From Candidatus Magasanikiibacteriota bacterium (GTDB taxonomy: Bacteria > Patescibacteriota > Patescibacteriia > Magasanikbacterales > UBA922), in assembly GCA_018650645.1 (NCBI GenBank), contig JABIFP010000027.1, forward strand, positions 24,379 through 88,378: a DNA stretch of 64,000 nucleotides, given 5' to 3'. Shown here piece by piece: positions 39,989 through 48,719 of the stretch. The notes under the pieces are model-generated. The model searched no databases, was not told the origin of the DNA, and saw nothing but the letters and a program-made list of their open reading frames with translations. A program made the position numbers and the translations under genes. The first letter of the stretch is position 1; each line of letters starts with the position of its first letter.

Positions 39989-40582
39989 CTAAAAAGGAAG
40001 TGTCATGTTTATTCCTCCGGCTGATGGAGAACCAGGTACCCCTGCCCCACCGGCAGATTCAAATGCAGAAAAGTCTACACTAAACGGCATAATTTCTCCT
40101 GTAATTGTTGGGTAATAGAGCATCTTATTCTTTAGCCCATATTCGTAGAGCTCCATAGTTACTTTTACATCTTGCTCGCAATATTCTTTAATCTGATCGA
40201 TTTTTCCTTCTTTATACCACTCCATTGCTTGAAGCCCATCAGCACTTTTACTGATCTGTAATGTCGCCTTTGCAACGTCATCAAGCTTAAACCGTTTTCC
40301 CATTGTTTCCTTTATCACCTTCAGCATATCGAGGTGCGGAATAGCAGCGAGGTCACCGGTGTAATACTTATTCAGAATTGGAACATCAAAATGAATACTA
40401 TTATATCCAATGAGCCGCGTCGCCTTTTCAAAAAAGGGCCACATCGATGAAAGCTGATGTTCATCAAAGGAATAGTATGATGCGGTGTCGTAATCATATA
40501 GCGAAACAACCGTTACCTCCATTGTAGACATGTTCCTGATATCTCCATATGTTTCGATATCAAACACGATTTCTCCTTGCAT
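39989..40582 (-). CDS. DEDD-family 3'-5' exonuclease (RNase H-like fold)
   Basis: Exo I motif FDIETYG, Exo II HFDVPIL, Exo III YCEQDV. Confidence 0.6.
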   Translation of the reverse strand: MQGEIVFDIETYGDIRNMSTMEVTVVSLYDYDTASYYSFDEHQLSSMWPFFEKATRLIGYNSIHFDVPILNKYYTGDLAAIPHLDMLKVIKETMGKRFKLDDVAKATLQISKSADGLQAMEWYKEGKIDQIKEYCEQDVKVTMELYEYGLKNKMLYYPTITGEIMPFSVDFSAFESAGGAGVPGSPSAGGINMTLPF

Positions 40583-40641
40583 AGATGCGTAGTATTAAAA
40601 AAGCGTGAGGCTATTGTATCACGCTTTTTTTGACCTCGCAA

Positions 40642-41016
40642 TTATCCGATGTGTGGTTCTCCGCTATATTCAGCTCTAATGAATCCGTTATGCTCTTTGA
40701 GGGATTTCAGTACGGCCTCGCTATCATGCTCCCAATCAGCAATTTCTGCAGCTAATACTTTCGTACCAGTCGCAACATGCCACGTGTTGGCGATAGTAAT
40801 GGCGATGCGAGTGTCTGTAAACGACCCCTTAGATCCAAATACTATGATTCCGTCTATATCATCTTTCTTTACTGAACTACTCTTAAGTAACGAAATAATA
40901 TCTCTTAGGAGGTGACGTGACGCATCAGAGACTGCATCTGATATACGTTTTCCTGCAGCATCTACAACCTTCACCTGAATAGCGGAACGCTCCGCAACAT
41001 CAATCGTAATAATCAT
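40642..41016 (-). CDS. tsaB: TsaB/YeaZ-like protein, N-terminal domain only
   Basis: GSKGSFTDTRIAITIANTW aligns to the TsaB GPGSFTGLRIG motif. 124 aa versus about 220 in canonical TsaB. Confidence 0.5.
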   Translation of the reverse strand: MIITIDVAERSAIQVKVVDAAGKRISDAVSDASRHLLRDIISLLKSSSVKKDDIDGIIVFGSKGSFTDTRIAITIANTWHVATGTKVLAAEIADWEHDSEAVLKSLKEHNGFIRAEYSGEPHIG

Positions 41017-41018
41017 AT

Positions 41019-41612
41019 CTAAACACCAAGCTCATTAACTACTTTTAGGTGGTTCGTCTCAAAAAAATCGAAGATAAATTTATCCATCACATGTCGTCTG
41101 TCTAAAAATTCTACCTTTGTCATGAAGGTATACCGAATGCCATGACCAAATTCCTTTTCATATTCTGCAATCAATTTTTCGGCAACACGATTTTTTAAGT
41201 TTCCAACAACCAACATGTCTGTGACTGCTTCTACGTCTCCTGTAAAACACCCGCCGAGCATAAGAAGCTGTACGTCACCACATTTATCTTTAAACATGTC
41301 AATAAACTCTTGCTCTCCCATTACCTTGGCCTTCATTAAGAGAGCCTGCAGTTCTGGATACATGAGAGACCCCATGTTGAGCTTATAGTATTTTCTTAGC
41401 TTTCCTCCTGGATTATCCCCAACTCCTTCTGGGGATTCAGCTTCACTCACAATACTCGACTTGAGTAATAATGATAATTCTCTTCTCACTGCGTTAATTT
41501 GTGTGTCTAATTCTCTGGTAAGTTCTCTAACAAAAAAAGCTCGTTCAGGGTGTCTGAACATAAGTCTGAGGAGCTTAAGTCTTGTCTTTGAACCAAATAA
41601 ATGTTCAAGCAT
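41019..41612 (-). CDS. winged-helix transcriptional-regulator-like protein
   Basis: N-terminal wHTH-like segment (KTRLKLLRLMFRHPERAFFVRELTRELD). C-terminal alpha/beta domain of unknown function. Confidence 0.4.
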   Translation of the reverse strand: MLEHLFGSKTRLKLLRLMFRHPERAFFVRELTRELDTQINAVRRELSLLLKSSIVSEAESPEGVGDNPGGKLRKYYKLNMGSLMYPELQALLMKAKVMGEQEFIDMFKDKCGDVQLLMLGGCFTGDVEAVTDMLVVGNLKNRVAEKLIAEYEKEFGHGIRYTFMTKVEFLDRRHVMDKFIFDFFETNHLKVVNELGV

Positions 41613-41686
41613 GCGATACTGGTAAAAATTCTTTGTTTATTTTGCTGTGTATAGTATAATGCCTACATGCAAGATGGTCAATCGTT

Positions 41687-43846
41687 ATGATACTTCCATA
41701 CATCCACGAGTACTATACAAAACGCTCTGGAGCAAAGGACCATATCCTTCTTCATATAGCAGAGCCTGATGCAAATGACACCGATCATGGGCTGTTTTTT
41801 GCTATTATCTCATTACCCTCAGAGGCTCCTCATACAATTGTTGAAGATGCACAGGATGTGGTTGGACTAATGGAACGATTATATTTTTCTACTCAGAGGA
41901 CCGACGATAAGCGTCCATTTGAAATAGCTACTGAGGTAACGAATGCAAAACATGCAACACTTGTAAAAACATTACTTGAGAATACCAGCTGTGCGATTGG
42001 TGTTATCCACAAAAAGAATATTGCTTTTGTTGCTCAAGGAGAGGATGTATATATTGACCTACTCACAACGAATGATGATGGTGATTCATCTACCCCACTC
42101 GCTCCAACAGCAAAGCAGCACACTGACAGATTCAGCGCTGTTACAGAAGGAACGTTGAACACAAAAAGTTATCTTCACATCAGTACATTTCATGCAAGAG
42201 ACATATTTACACCTGAGCGAATGCTTAAGCTTCTTAAGCAACTTTCCGCAAAAGAGCTTGCTGCACACGTGCAGAAATCGCTTGATGCTGTAAAACACGC
42301 TGCAGCCGGAGGTTGTATTTTACAAATAGAAAAAACGACCGAGAAGCCTCCTGCTCACCCAGTTCGAAGTGAAAAATCACTCAACTCTCTAAAAGCGCGT
42401 GAGCAACAAACAGCAGAGACGCTACGCCCTTCAATATTTCAAACACTCTCTAAAACCCTCGCAACAGACGATAAAAAGGCAAACACGAGAACGACGCGGG
42501 CACGGAAACGAGATGGTGATGGCACGAGCTATGCTGCTGAGCGTGGTACTGCATATGCCAAACTTGTATTTAGAGCAGTGCTTCTAGCGCTCGGTGGCAT
42601 AGCGCTCATACTTCGTCATATATTCTTTGCCATTATTTCTGGTATAAAAATTTTGTACTACTTGCTCACTAATGCAAAAGGAAAACGATCAATCATGCAG
42701 CAGCAGTTCAAAGAGCAACTTCGCAGAAAAAGAAATTGGTTTGCGGCTATGCCAATGCTCAGTAAGCTCCTACTTGTAGCAGCAACTTCGTTTACACTGA
42801 TTTTTGTCTCTAGTATTGGCTACCTTAGGTATAATGCTAACAAAGTCGTTGCACTCAAACAATCACAAACCACATTAATCGCGGCTCAGGAACATCTAGC
42901 AAGTGCAAAAAGCGCCTCCATTTATGGTAATGATACAGATGCTCTAAATGAACTGCACCAAGCGCAGGCTCAGTTTTCTTCAATCTCAGAGCGCGACGCT
43001 GATGAGTTGTCCTCATATGGTTCAACACAAACAGCCATTTCAGAATTACTTCAATCACTTAGAAAGGAACACATAATTGAGTCTACGGTTCTCCTTGCAG
43101 ATTCAGCACTTTCATCGTTTACCGAGCTGACAGCCGCTGACGATAGAATGTATGTATTCGGTGAGCAAGAATCCTCATATGCATGGTTTACACCGTTTAA
43201 GGATGCGGCGCTTCAAAACGTACCATTTGAAGCTATCAGTGATCTTACATTTTCTTCTGCCGATGAGACCTATGTACTTGCAGGAAGCGCAGCTGGAGAA
43301 ATTGCAAGAATAGAGTCCTCTGAGTCAGGACTCACAGCGCAGCAGATTTCATTTCCTGATGAAGGTGTAGTACTCGCTTCAATGGCTCAATATGGTGGAA
43401 GGCTCTATACACTAGCAAAACCTTTTGCTATCTACAAGCATGCAAAAACGCAGCTTGGATTTGATAGAGGGCTGTCCTGGATTAGTGCGCAATCAGATAC
43501 CATTAATGAACCCGTAGATCTCACAATCGATGGCAGTGTGTATGTACTCTCTCCTACGGAGGTGTTCGTATTTATGAAAGGAGCACAGCAAAGCTTCAGA
43601 CTTGAATCGGTTGATCCTGCAATGACTGGTGCGAGCAGTATTTACTCATCGCCTGAATCGGAGTATCTCTTTATTCTTGAGCCTGATCTAAAGCGCGTAT
43701 TAGTTTTCTCAAAATCTGGTTCATTTATTGCGCAATTCACTTCTCCTGAGTGGAATCACCCAACGGCTATGAGCATTAATGAAGAAGAACGAACGATTAC
43801 TGTTCTTGATGGTTCGTCTGTCTTTCAAATTTCCTTTCTTCTATAA
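41687..43846 (+). CDS. large hypothetical protein with central TM segments
   Basis: 719-aa ORF. Two hydrophobic helices around residues 290-370. No recognizable catalytic motifs. Confidence 0.6.
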   Translation: MILPYIHEYYTKRSGAKDHILLHIAEPDANDTDHGLFFAIISLPSEAPHTIVEDAQDVVGLMERLYFSTQRTDDKRPFEIATEVTNAKHATLVKTLLENTSCAIGVIHKKNIAFVAQGEDVYIDLLTTNDDGDSSTPLAPTAKQHTDRFSAVTEGTLNTKSYLHISTFHARDIFTPERMLKLLKQLSAKELAAHVQKSLDAVKHAAAGGCILQIEKTTEKPPAHPVRSEKSLNSLKAREQQTAETLRPSIFQTLSKTLATDDKKANTRTTRARKRDGDGTSYAAERGTAYAKLVFRAVLLALGGIALILRHIFFAIISGIKILYYLLTNAKGKRSIMQQQFKEQLRRKRNWFAAMPMLSKLLLVAATSFTLIFVSSIGYLRYNANKVVALKQSQTTLIAAQEHLASAKSASIYGNDTDALNELHQAQAQFSSISERDADELSSYGSTQTAISELLQSLRKEHIIESTVLLADSALSSFTELTAADDRMYVFGEQESSYAWFTPFKDAALQNVPFEAISDLTFSSADETYVLAGSAAGEIARIESSESGLTAQQISFPDEGVVLASMAQYGGRLYTLAKPFAIYKHAKTQLGFDRGLSWISAQSDTINEPVDLTIDGSVYVLSPTEVFVFMKGAQQSFRLESVDPAMTGASSIYSSPESEYLFILEPDLKRVLVFSKSGSFIAQFTSPEWNHPTAMSINEEERTITVLDGSSVFQISFLL

Positions 43847-43855
43847 TTACGTAAA

Positions 43856-43884
43856 CAAAAAAAGAGCACAAGGCTCTTTTTTTG
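43856..43884 (+). terminator. bidirectional terminator AAAAAAAGAGC-ACAAG-GCTCTTTTTTT
   Basis: Perfect palindrome between convergent ORF 41687..43846 and rplL. Confidence 0.75.
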
Positions 43885-43899
43885 TTTTGTAGTAATGAA

Positions 43900-44304
43900 T
43901 TACTTCAAAGTTACAGTAGCTCCAGCTTCCTCAAGAGATTTCTTGAGTTCTTCAGCTTCAGCTTTTGCAATTCCTTCTTTAATAGCAGTTGGCGCACCAT
44001 CTACCATTCCTTTTGCTTCAGCAAGACCAAGTCCTGTTGCCGCTTTTACTGCTTTGATAACACCAATTTTGTTGTCACCGATTGCAGTAAGTTCTACAGT
44101 AAATTCAGTTTGTTCTTCTGCAGCAGCTTCTCCGCCAGCAGCAGGAGCCGCCATCATCATAGCTGGAGCTGCAGCGCTCACACCAAACTTGTCTTCAAGG
44201 ATTGAAACAAGTTCAGAAAGATCAAGAACACTCATCTTTTCGATTTGCTCTACAAGAGCAGTGAACTTTTCAGGTACTACTACCTCTGTTTTTTCTTCTG
44301 ACAT
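43900..44304 (-). CDS. rplL: 50S ribosomal protein L7/L12
   Basis: N-terminal dimerization domain, Ala/Pro-rich hinge, and C-terminal domain [27 protein letters not shown]. Confidence 0.95.
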   Translation of the reverse strand: MSEEKTEVVVPEKFTALVEQIEKMSVLDLSELVSILEDKFGVSAAAPAMMMAAPAAGGEAAAEEQTEFTVELTAIGDNKIGVIKAVKAATGLGLAEAKGMVDGAPTAIKEGIAKAEAEELKKSLEEAGATVTLK

Positions 44305-44313
44305 ATATATAGG

Positions 44314-44838
44314 TTATGCTTTTTTGTCCTTAATAGCATTCAAAACGGTAACTAAACCGCGTGTGTTGCCTGAAAGTACTTGAACGAATCCAGAAATAGG
44401 AGCATTCAACGTTCCAACGAGCTGACCGAGAAGCTGATGCTTGCTTGGAAGTGCTGAAAGTTGTGTTACTTTATCTTCTGTGATGTATCCACCTTCTAGG
44501 ATTCCTCCAAAGATAGTGATTACGTCATGATCCTTTGCGTACTTAGCAACGATTTGTGCTGGAGCAACTTCATCTTCGTCTGCGAAGAATGCAGCTACAC
44601 CACCTTCAAATAACTTTGTATCAACATCGCCGATACCAGCATCTGTAAGTGCACGTTTTACGAGTGTTTTCTTTGCTGCGATACAAGTAACTCCCTGTTC
44701 GCGACAAAGTCCACGAAGCTCTTCCATTTCTGAAACCTTCAAACCTTGAAAGTTAGCAAATACGGTAGCTTTTTTGCTTTTCATGAGCTCAGAAAGCTCA
44801 CTAATAGCAGTAAGTTTATGTTGTCTGGTTTTTGCCAT
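44314..44838 (-). CDS. rplJ: 50S ribosomal protein L10
   Basis: MAKTRQHK... start chosen. The track ORF extends 35 codons further upstream (to 44943), but that extension is probably leader sequence. Conserved L10 core. Confidence 0.85.
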   Translation of the reverse strand: MAKTRQHKLTAISELSELMKSKKATVFANFQGLKVSEMEELRGLCREQGVTCIAAKKTLVKRALTDAGIGDVDTKLFEGGVAAFFADEDEVAPAQIVAKYAKDHDVITIFGGILEGGYITEDKVTQLSALPSKHQLLGQLVGTLNAPISGFVQVLSGNTRGLVTVLNAIKDKKA

Positions 44839-45000
44839 AGTCTTTGTTTTTTTGTCTTGCTCATCGCAATGCGACAAACAAAAAACTGTGGAAAACCACA
44901 GACCTTCAGAGTGTTGCATCGACCTTTGAGAAATAATTCTCATGTTGCACCTCGGTAGCCTATTTAATCCCGAAGGAAGCTACTGTCTATGGTTGGCGAT

Positions 45001-45029
45001 ATTATATAGAAATTCCCCATAAATGTCAA
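45001..45029 (-). promoter_or_regulatory. consensus sigma70 promoter (TTGACA-N17-TATAAT) for the rplJ-rplL operon
   Basis: Reverse complement of 45001-45029 reads TTGACATTTATGGGGAATTTCTATATAAT. A perfect 8-bp hairpin (45032-45050) lies immediately upstream. Confidence 0.6.
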
Positions 45030-45078
45030 GAGCCGGCCCTGGGGGCCGGCTGTGGTGAGCACATTGCTCTGGCGCTGC

Positions 45079-45297
45079 CTAGCAGCAGACTTTCAAAATC
45101 CGCACCTGAGGACTCGCGAGGTGCTCGTGGACTCCTCGAGTACCGCTGATCTGGACGCGTGTTCCCGTGGACAGGTCACAGGGCTTCTGCGTCACGACCC
45201 GCGCGTTGAAAACGAGGCCGCTCTCGGTGGGGCTCACAACCTGGACCTCCGCCCACTTCCCCTTCGAACCAACCACTTGTCCATTGTAAAAGCTCAT
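45079..45297 (-). CDS. small hypothetical protein in GC-rich islet
   Basis: 72 aa. G-rich SD (AGGGGGG) upstream. Preceded by its own consensus promoter (45321-45349). Followed by hairpin GCCGGCCC-TGG-GGGCCGGC. The plus-strand overlapping ORF is judged spurious. Confidence 0.35.
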   Translation of the reverse strand: MSFYNGQVVGSKGKWAEVQVVSPTESGLVFNARVVTQKPCDLSTGTRVQISGTRGVHEHLASPQVRILKVCC

Positions 45298-45320
45298 GAA
45301 TTTCCCCCCTAGTGATGTGA

Positions 45321-45349
45321 TCTGGGCGCATTATATAGATAATTGCACC
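45321..45349 (-). promoter_or_regulatory. consensus sigma70 promoter (TTGACA-N17-TATAAT), near-duplicate of the rplJ promoter
   Basis: Reverse complement reads TTGACATGAGGTGCAATTATCTATATAAT. About 22 of 29 positions match the 45001-45029 copy. Confidence 0.5.
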
Positions 45350-45376
45350 TCATGTCAACCCCTCTGGATAAATCTA

Positions 45377-45405
45377 TTGACAGCTTCACTAAACCTCTAT
45401 ATAAT
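45377..45405 (+). promoter_or_regulatory. consensus sigma70 promoter (TTGACA-N17-TATAAT) for tRNA-Glu
   Basis: TTGACAGCTTCACTAAACCTCTATATAAT, ending 9 nt before the tRNA start. Confidence 0.6.
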
Positions 45406-45414
45406 AATGCACAT

Positions 45415-45486
45415 GTCGCCATCGTCTAGTGGTTAGGACTCCGGGTTTTCATCCCGGCAACAGGAGTTCGATTCTCCTTGGCGATA
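45415..45486 (+). tRNA. tRNA-Glu (anticodon UUC)
   Basis: GTCGCCATCGTCTAGTGGTTAGGACTCCGGGTTTTCATCCCGGCAACAGGAGTTCGATTCTCCTTGGCGATA. Cloverleaf folds with a G1-U72 wobble. Resembles bacterial tRNA-Glu. Confidence 0.8.
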
Positions 45487-45604
45487 CTACAAGGGGTGTT
45501 TACAAGAGGAATCGAACCAGGGTTGGTAAGGGACAGCGTCCCTTACATCTGGTGGAAAGGTTGGGAAAACATGAAGTGTTCCCAAAGCGCGCAGACGCGT
45601 GTGA

Positions 45605-45622
45605 GATTCTCCTTGGCGATAC
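45605..45622 (+). repeat. exact 18-bp direct repeat of the tRNA-Glu 3' end (GATTCTCCTTGGCGATAC), first copy at 45470-45487
   Basis: Identical 18-mer 135 bp downstream. The intervening segment contains a reverse-oriented T-loop-like GGTTCGATTCC fragment. Confidence 0.8.
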
Positions 45623-45680
45623 CAATAGAGTGAAATCAAAATAGTGGCCAACGGGCCACTATTTTGTTAGGATAAATTAT

Positions 45681-46697
45681 ATGAGTAAAAAATATACAAT
45701 TTTGGGTATTGAGTCATCATGTGACGATACCGGCGTTTCTATCATTTCTACTGACGGAAACTCGTTTAAAATCCTCTTTGAGAAAACAGCAAGCCAGATT
45801 GATATTCACAAACAATATGGCGGTGTTATTCCTGAAGTTGCGGGAAGACTCCACTGTGAGGCAATCGCACCGCTTCTTGAAGAAGCACTTAGTAGTGTGG
45901 CAAATATTGATGCAATTGCAGTAACTGCAATGCCTGGGCTCATTACCGGACTACACGTTGGGGTTGAAGCTGCAAAAACACTTTCTTATACAAAGGATAT
46001 TCCTCTTGTGGGTGTTCATCATATTGAAGGACACATCATGAGTCCGCTTCTTAACAAAGGGGCTGCTATTGATGCTGTCTCATTTCCACTTCTGGCACTT
46101 GTTGTAAGTGGTGGCCATACGCAGCTTGTCCATGTCCATGAGTTTGGATCTTACTCTGTTATTGGGGATACTAGAGATGATGCAGCCGGAGAATGTTTTG
46201 ATAAAGTAGGAAAGCTCATGGGATTCATCTATCCTGGAGGGCCAAAAGTTTCAAAAGCAGCAATTGGGCATGAAGACAACATTCCCTTGCCGCGACCAAT
46301 GATGCACCATGATTCACTCGACTTTAGCTTTTCTGGATTGAAAACCGCTGCAAGATATTATCTCAGAGATAATCCAAATGCTGATGTTGGAGATGTATCA
46401 GCATCATTGGAAGCAGCAATTGTAGAAACACTTGCATATAAAACAAAAAAGGCGGCCATGCAAATTGGCGCCAAAACAGTTTTTGTTGTAGGCGGCGTGA
46501 GTGCAAACAGCGCACTCCGTGAATCGCTAGCAACATCGCTTGAAACGCAACATATTGCGCTTATTGCCCCAGAACTTGCGCATTGTACTGATAACGCAGC
46601 AATGATCGCTTGCGCCGCTACAAGGAGAGTTATGCATGGATCATTTGATTCAGTCAGTGAGCTTACTGCTAGCCCCGTTGGCATGCTCCCTCAATAA
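45681..46697 (+). CDS. tsaD: tRNA N6-adenosine threonylcarbamoyltransferase TsaD
   Basis: Kae1/TsaD family: ILGIESSCDDTGVSI, HxEGH metal site (HHIEGH), C-terminal GGVSANSALR. Confidence 0.9.
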   Translation: MSKKYTILGIESSCDDTGVSIISTDGNSFKILFEKTASQIDIHKQYGGVIPEVAGRLHCEAIAPLLEEALSSVANIDAIAVTAMPGLITGLHVGVEAAKTLSYTKDIPLVGVHHIEGHIMSPLLNKGAAIDAVSFPLLALVVSGGHTQLVHVHEFGSYSVIGDTRDDAAGECFDKVGKLMGFIYPGGPKVSKAAIGHEDNIPLPRPMMHHDSLDFSFSGLKTAARYYLRDNPNADVGDVSASLEAAIVETLAYKTKKAAMQIGAKTVFVVGGVSANSALRESLATSLETQHIALIAPELAHCTDNAAMIACAATRRVMHGSFDSVSELTASPVGMLPQ

Positions 46698-47660
46698 CTA
46701 CTGCGCATATACGCGCTCAACAAACCGAACATCAATGTATCTCGCGTCTTCAAGTGAGATACTTTGTTTTAGCGCCTCATCAAATCGCATCATTTGCTGG
46801 TCATCAACAGGAAGTACTCGTGTAAGCACCTGCTGACCTGATGTCAGATGCACGGTCAAATCTCTGCCATTATTCTCAAAAATCATATACGCAACCGGTG
46901 ACTGATGCTGCCCTTGCAAATGTTTATACCACTCCACGGCATGCACAATCACTCTTCCATCAATAATTTGCTCATTGTGAATCACCTCTGGCACACTCGA
47001 ATCATGCACAACCGGAAACTGTCCATAATTTGCTGCGATGTATGCTGTATCTGGAGTATGCCATCTATTTAATACATCAACGGTTGTTCGTACCGTGCCA
47101 TCTGCGAGCGTCGTCGTTGTTATTTCACTTTCTTCAAACCACTCATGCTCCCCTACTTTTCCAAGTTGCTCAATCACCACACCATCTAAATCAACCGTCA
47201 CATACTCTTCTCCTGTATCAAAAATCACGGTTGATATTTTTTCAGCAATATCGATCTGTATTTTATTTGGAAACAACTTTGTAACAGATAACTCATCTAG
47301 TGGGTATTTACTATTAAGCGCCTCGTAAATAGTATCTTCACTTACTAAAAAGAAATTCCTTTCTGGCAAAATTAATAATCGATTATATTCAATAGCAGCA
47401 TTTGCCGTAGAGTGAAATTCTGTTCGGTCGAGCCGTACAAGACCAGACACGTCGATAACGGAAATACGAAAAAATGGATGGTACAGTAATAGACCAATCG
47501 ATGCGCAAAAACACAGTAGTGCAAACAATAATTTTATTCGCTGTCCTTTTGCAATAACACCACGTTCAGGTGCTCTCCTAATGGTTCGTGATACCGGTGT
47601 ACCATAAACGGGACGCATGACATGCGCCCTTTGTTTCTGCTTTCTTCTTTTATTCCACAT
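46698..47660 (-). CDS. cell division protein FtsQ/DivIB-like (POTRA domain)
   Basis: N-terminal basic region, TM helix, then POTRA-like FRISVIDVSG. Confidence 0.6.
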   Translation of the reverse strand: MWNKRRKQKQRAHVMRPVYGTPVSRTIRRAPERGVIAKGQRIKLLFALLCFCASIGLLLYHPFFRISVIDVSGLVRLDRTEFHSTANAAIEYNRLLILPERNFFLVSEDTIYEALNSKYPLDELSVTKLFPNKIQIDIAEKISTVIFDTGEEYVTVDLDGVVIEQLGKVGEHEWFEESEITTTTLADGTVRTTVDVLNRWHTPDTAYIAANYGQFPVVHDSSVPEVIHNEQIIDGRVIVHAVEWYKHLQGQHQSPVAYMIFENNGRDLTVHLTSGQQVLTRVLPVDDQQMMRFDEALKQSISLEDARYIDVRFVERVYAQ

Positions 47661-47669
47661 AACTGCAGA

Positions 47670-48719
47670 TTAAAATCCTCGGCGCAACTTTCTATACAAA
47701 TCGATAAGACTGCTCAGTCGATATCGTAATGGTGAGATAATCAAATCGTGACAATGAATTAGTTTTAGATATGATCCACCAAATCCTTTTTTAAAATGTG
47801 TAATGCCGTAAAATGGATGAGATGCTGAAGCTCCCTCTGGAGCAATTCCCCAGAAATTATACCATTTCATACCACGCTTTTTAGCTTCTTGAATAGCACG
47901 CCATTGAATAAGGTACGCTGAAGGTAACCGTTTATCTAACTGCATTGATGCACTATGTCTATAACACGCCATGTTTCCGTAAAAAATGATGATTGCAGAG
48001 CCGTCTATTCTTCCATCCGGCAATACCGCTTCAAATATTATCGCCTCACCCTTTTCTGCAAATGCCTTAAACTCTGCATCAACAAATGATCTTGGAAATC
48101 GCACAAAATTGTGTCGCTTCCCAATCTCATCGTGCATATCATTTAGTCTACTGAGCGCTTCATCATCAGTAAGCATATTAATCTCTACACCGTCTCGCTC
48201 ACAACGGCGCACTAAATTCCGATGATTTTTTTTCATTCCTTTTAGGAGTTCTTCTTCTGAAAGAGAAATATCAAGAAGCCAGGTATCTTCCGCAAGAATA
48301 TGTAGGGGGGCTTGTTTCATGCCAACAGCTTTCATCCACTTTTCAGTATCAGTTCCCTGCTCTTTAAATGGTGAAATTTTAATGTGCACATATCCTTCCT
48401 GCTTTGCATGTGCGTGTAACGCATCAAAAAGGATGTGCATGTCTTTTTCTGATGTTACTACAGGTCCATATGGAAGAAGTAAAAAAGACCCACGTTTTGC
48501 ATGTACTCCAACGGCAACAGCGCCCCCCACAATCTGATCGCCTGAAAAAAGACCCATAATTACAGAAGGTTCACCAATATCATTATATACCGCAGTATTT
48601 GTTGATGATTGCGTGAAGAGCGTATATGGCTGCGTTTTATAAAATGTATCCCACGTAGCAGCATTTGTAATAATTTTAGCTTCAGTCTTCATGTATATAT
48701 GGCTTAATGAGCGAAACAA
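47670..48719 (-). CDS. FemAB-family peptidoglycan interpeptide-bridge transferase-like protein (tentative)
   Basis: 349 aa with a GNAT-like duplicated-fold architecture. Local cell-wall context. Confidence 0.45.
   Translation of the reverse strand: MFRSLSHIYMKTEAKIITNAATWDTFYKTQPYTLFTQSSTNTAVYNDIGEPSVIMGLFSGDQIVGGAVAVGVHAKRGSFLLLPYGPVVTSEKDMHILFDALHAHAKQEGYVHIKISPFKEQGTDTEKWMKAVGMKQAPLHILAEDTWLLDISLSEEELLKGMKKNHRNLVRRCERDGVEINMLTDDEALSRLNDMHDEIGKRHNFVRFPRSFVDAEFKAFAEKGEAIIFEAVLPDGRIDGSAIIIFYGNMACYRHSASMQLDKRLPSAYLIQWRAIQEAKKRGMKWYNFWGIAPEGASASHPFYGITHFKKGFGGSYLKLIHCHDLIISPLRYRLSSLIDLYRKLRRGF

Noticed and set aside
43895-44383. Ala/Ser-rich 162-aa and 107-aa plus-strand ORFs
   Set aside because: Antisense to the highly conserved rplL gene. 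Low-complexity translation.
44839-44943. 35-codon N-terminal extension of the L10 ORF in the six-frame track
   Set aside because: Conserved L10 proteins begin MAKT... The extension (MRIISQRSMQHSEGLWFSTVFCLSHCDEQDKKTKT) overlaps the expected L10 leader/autoregulatory region downstream of the promoter at 45001-45029.
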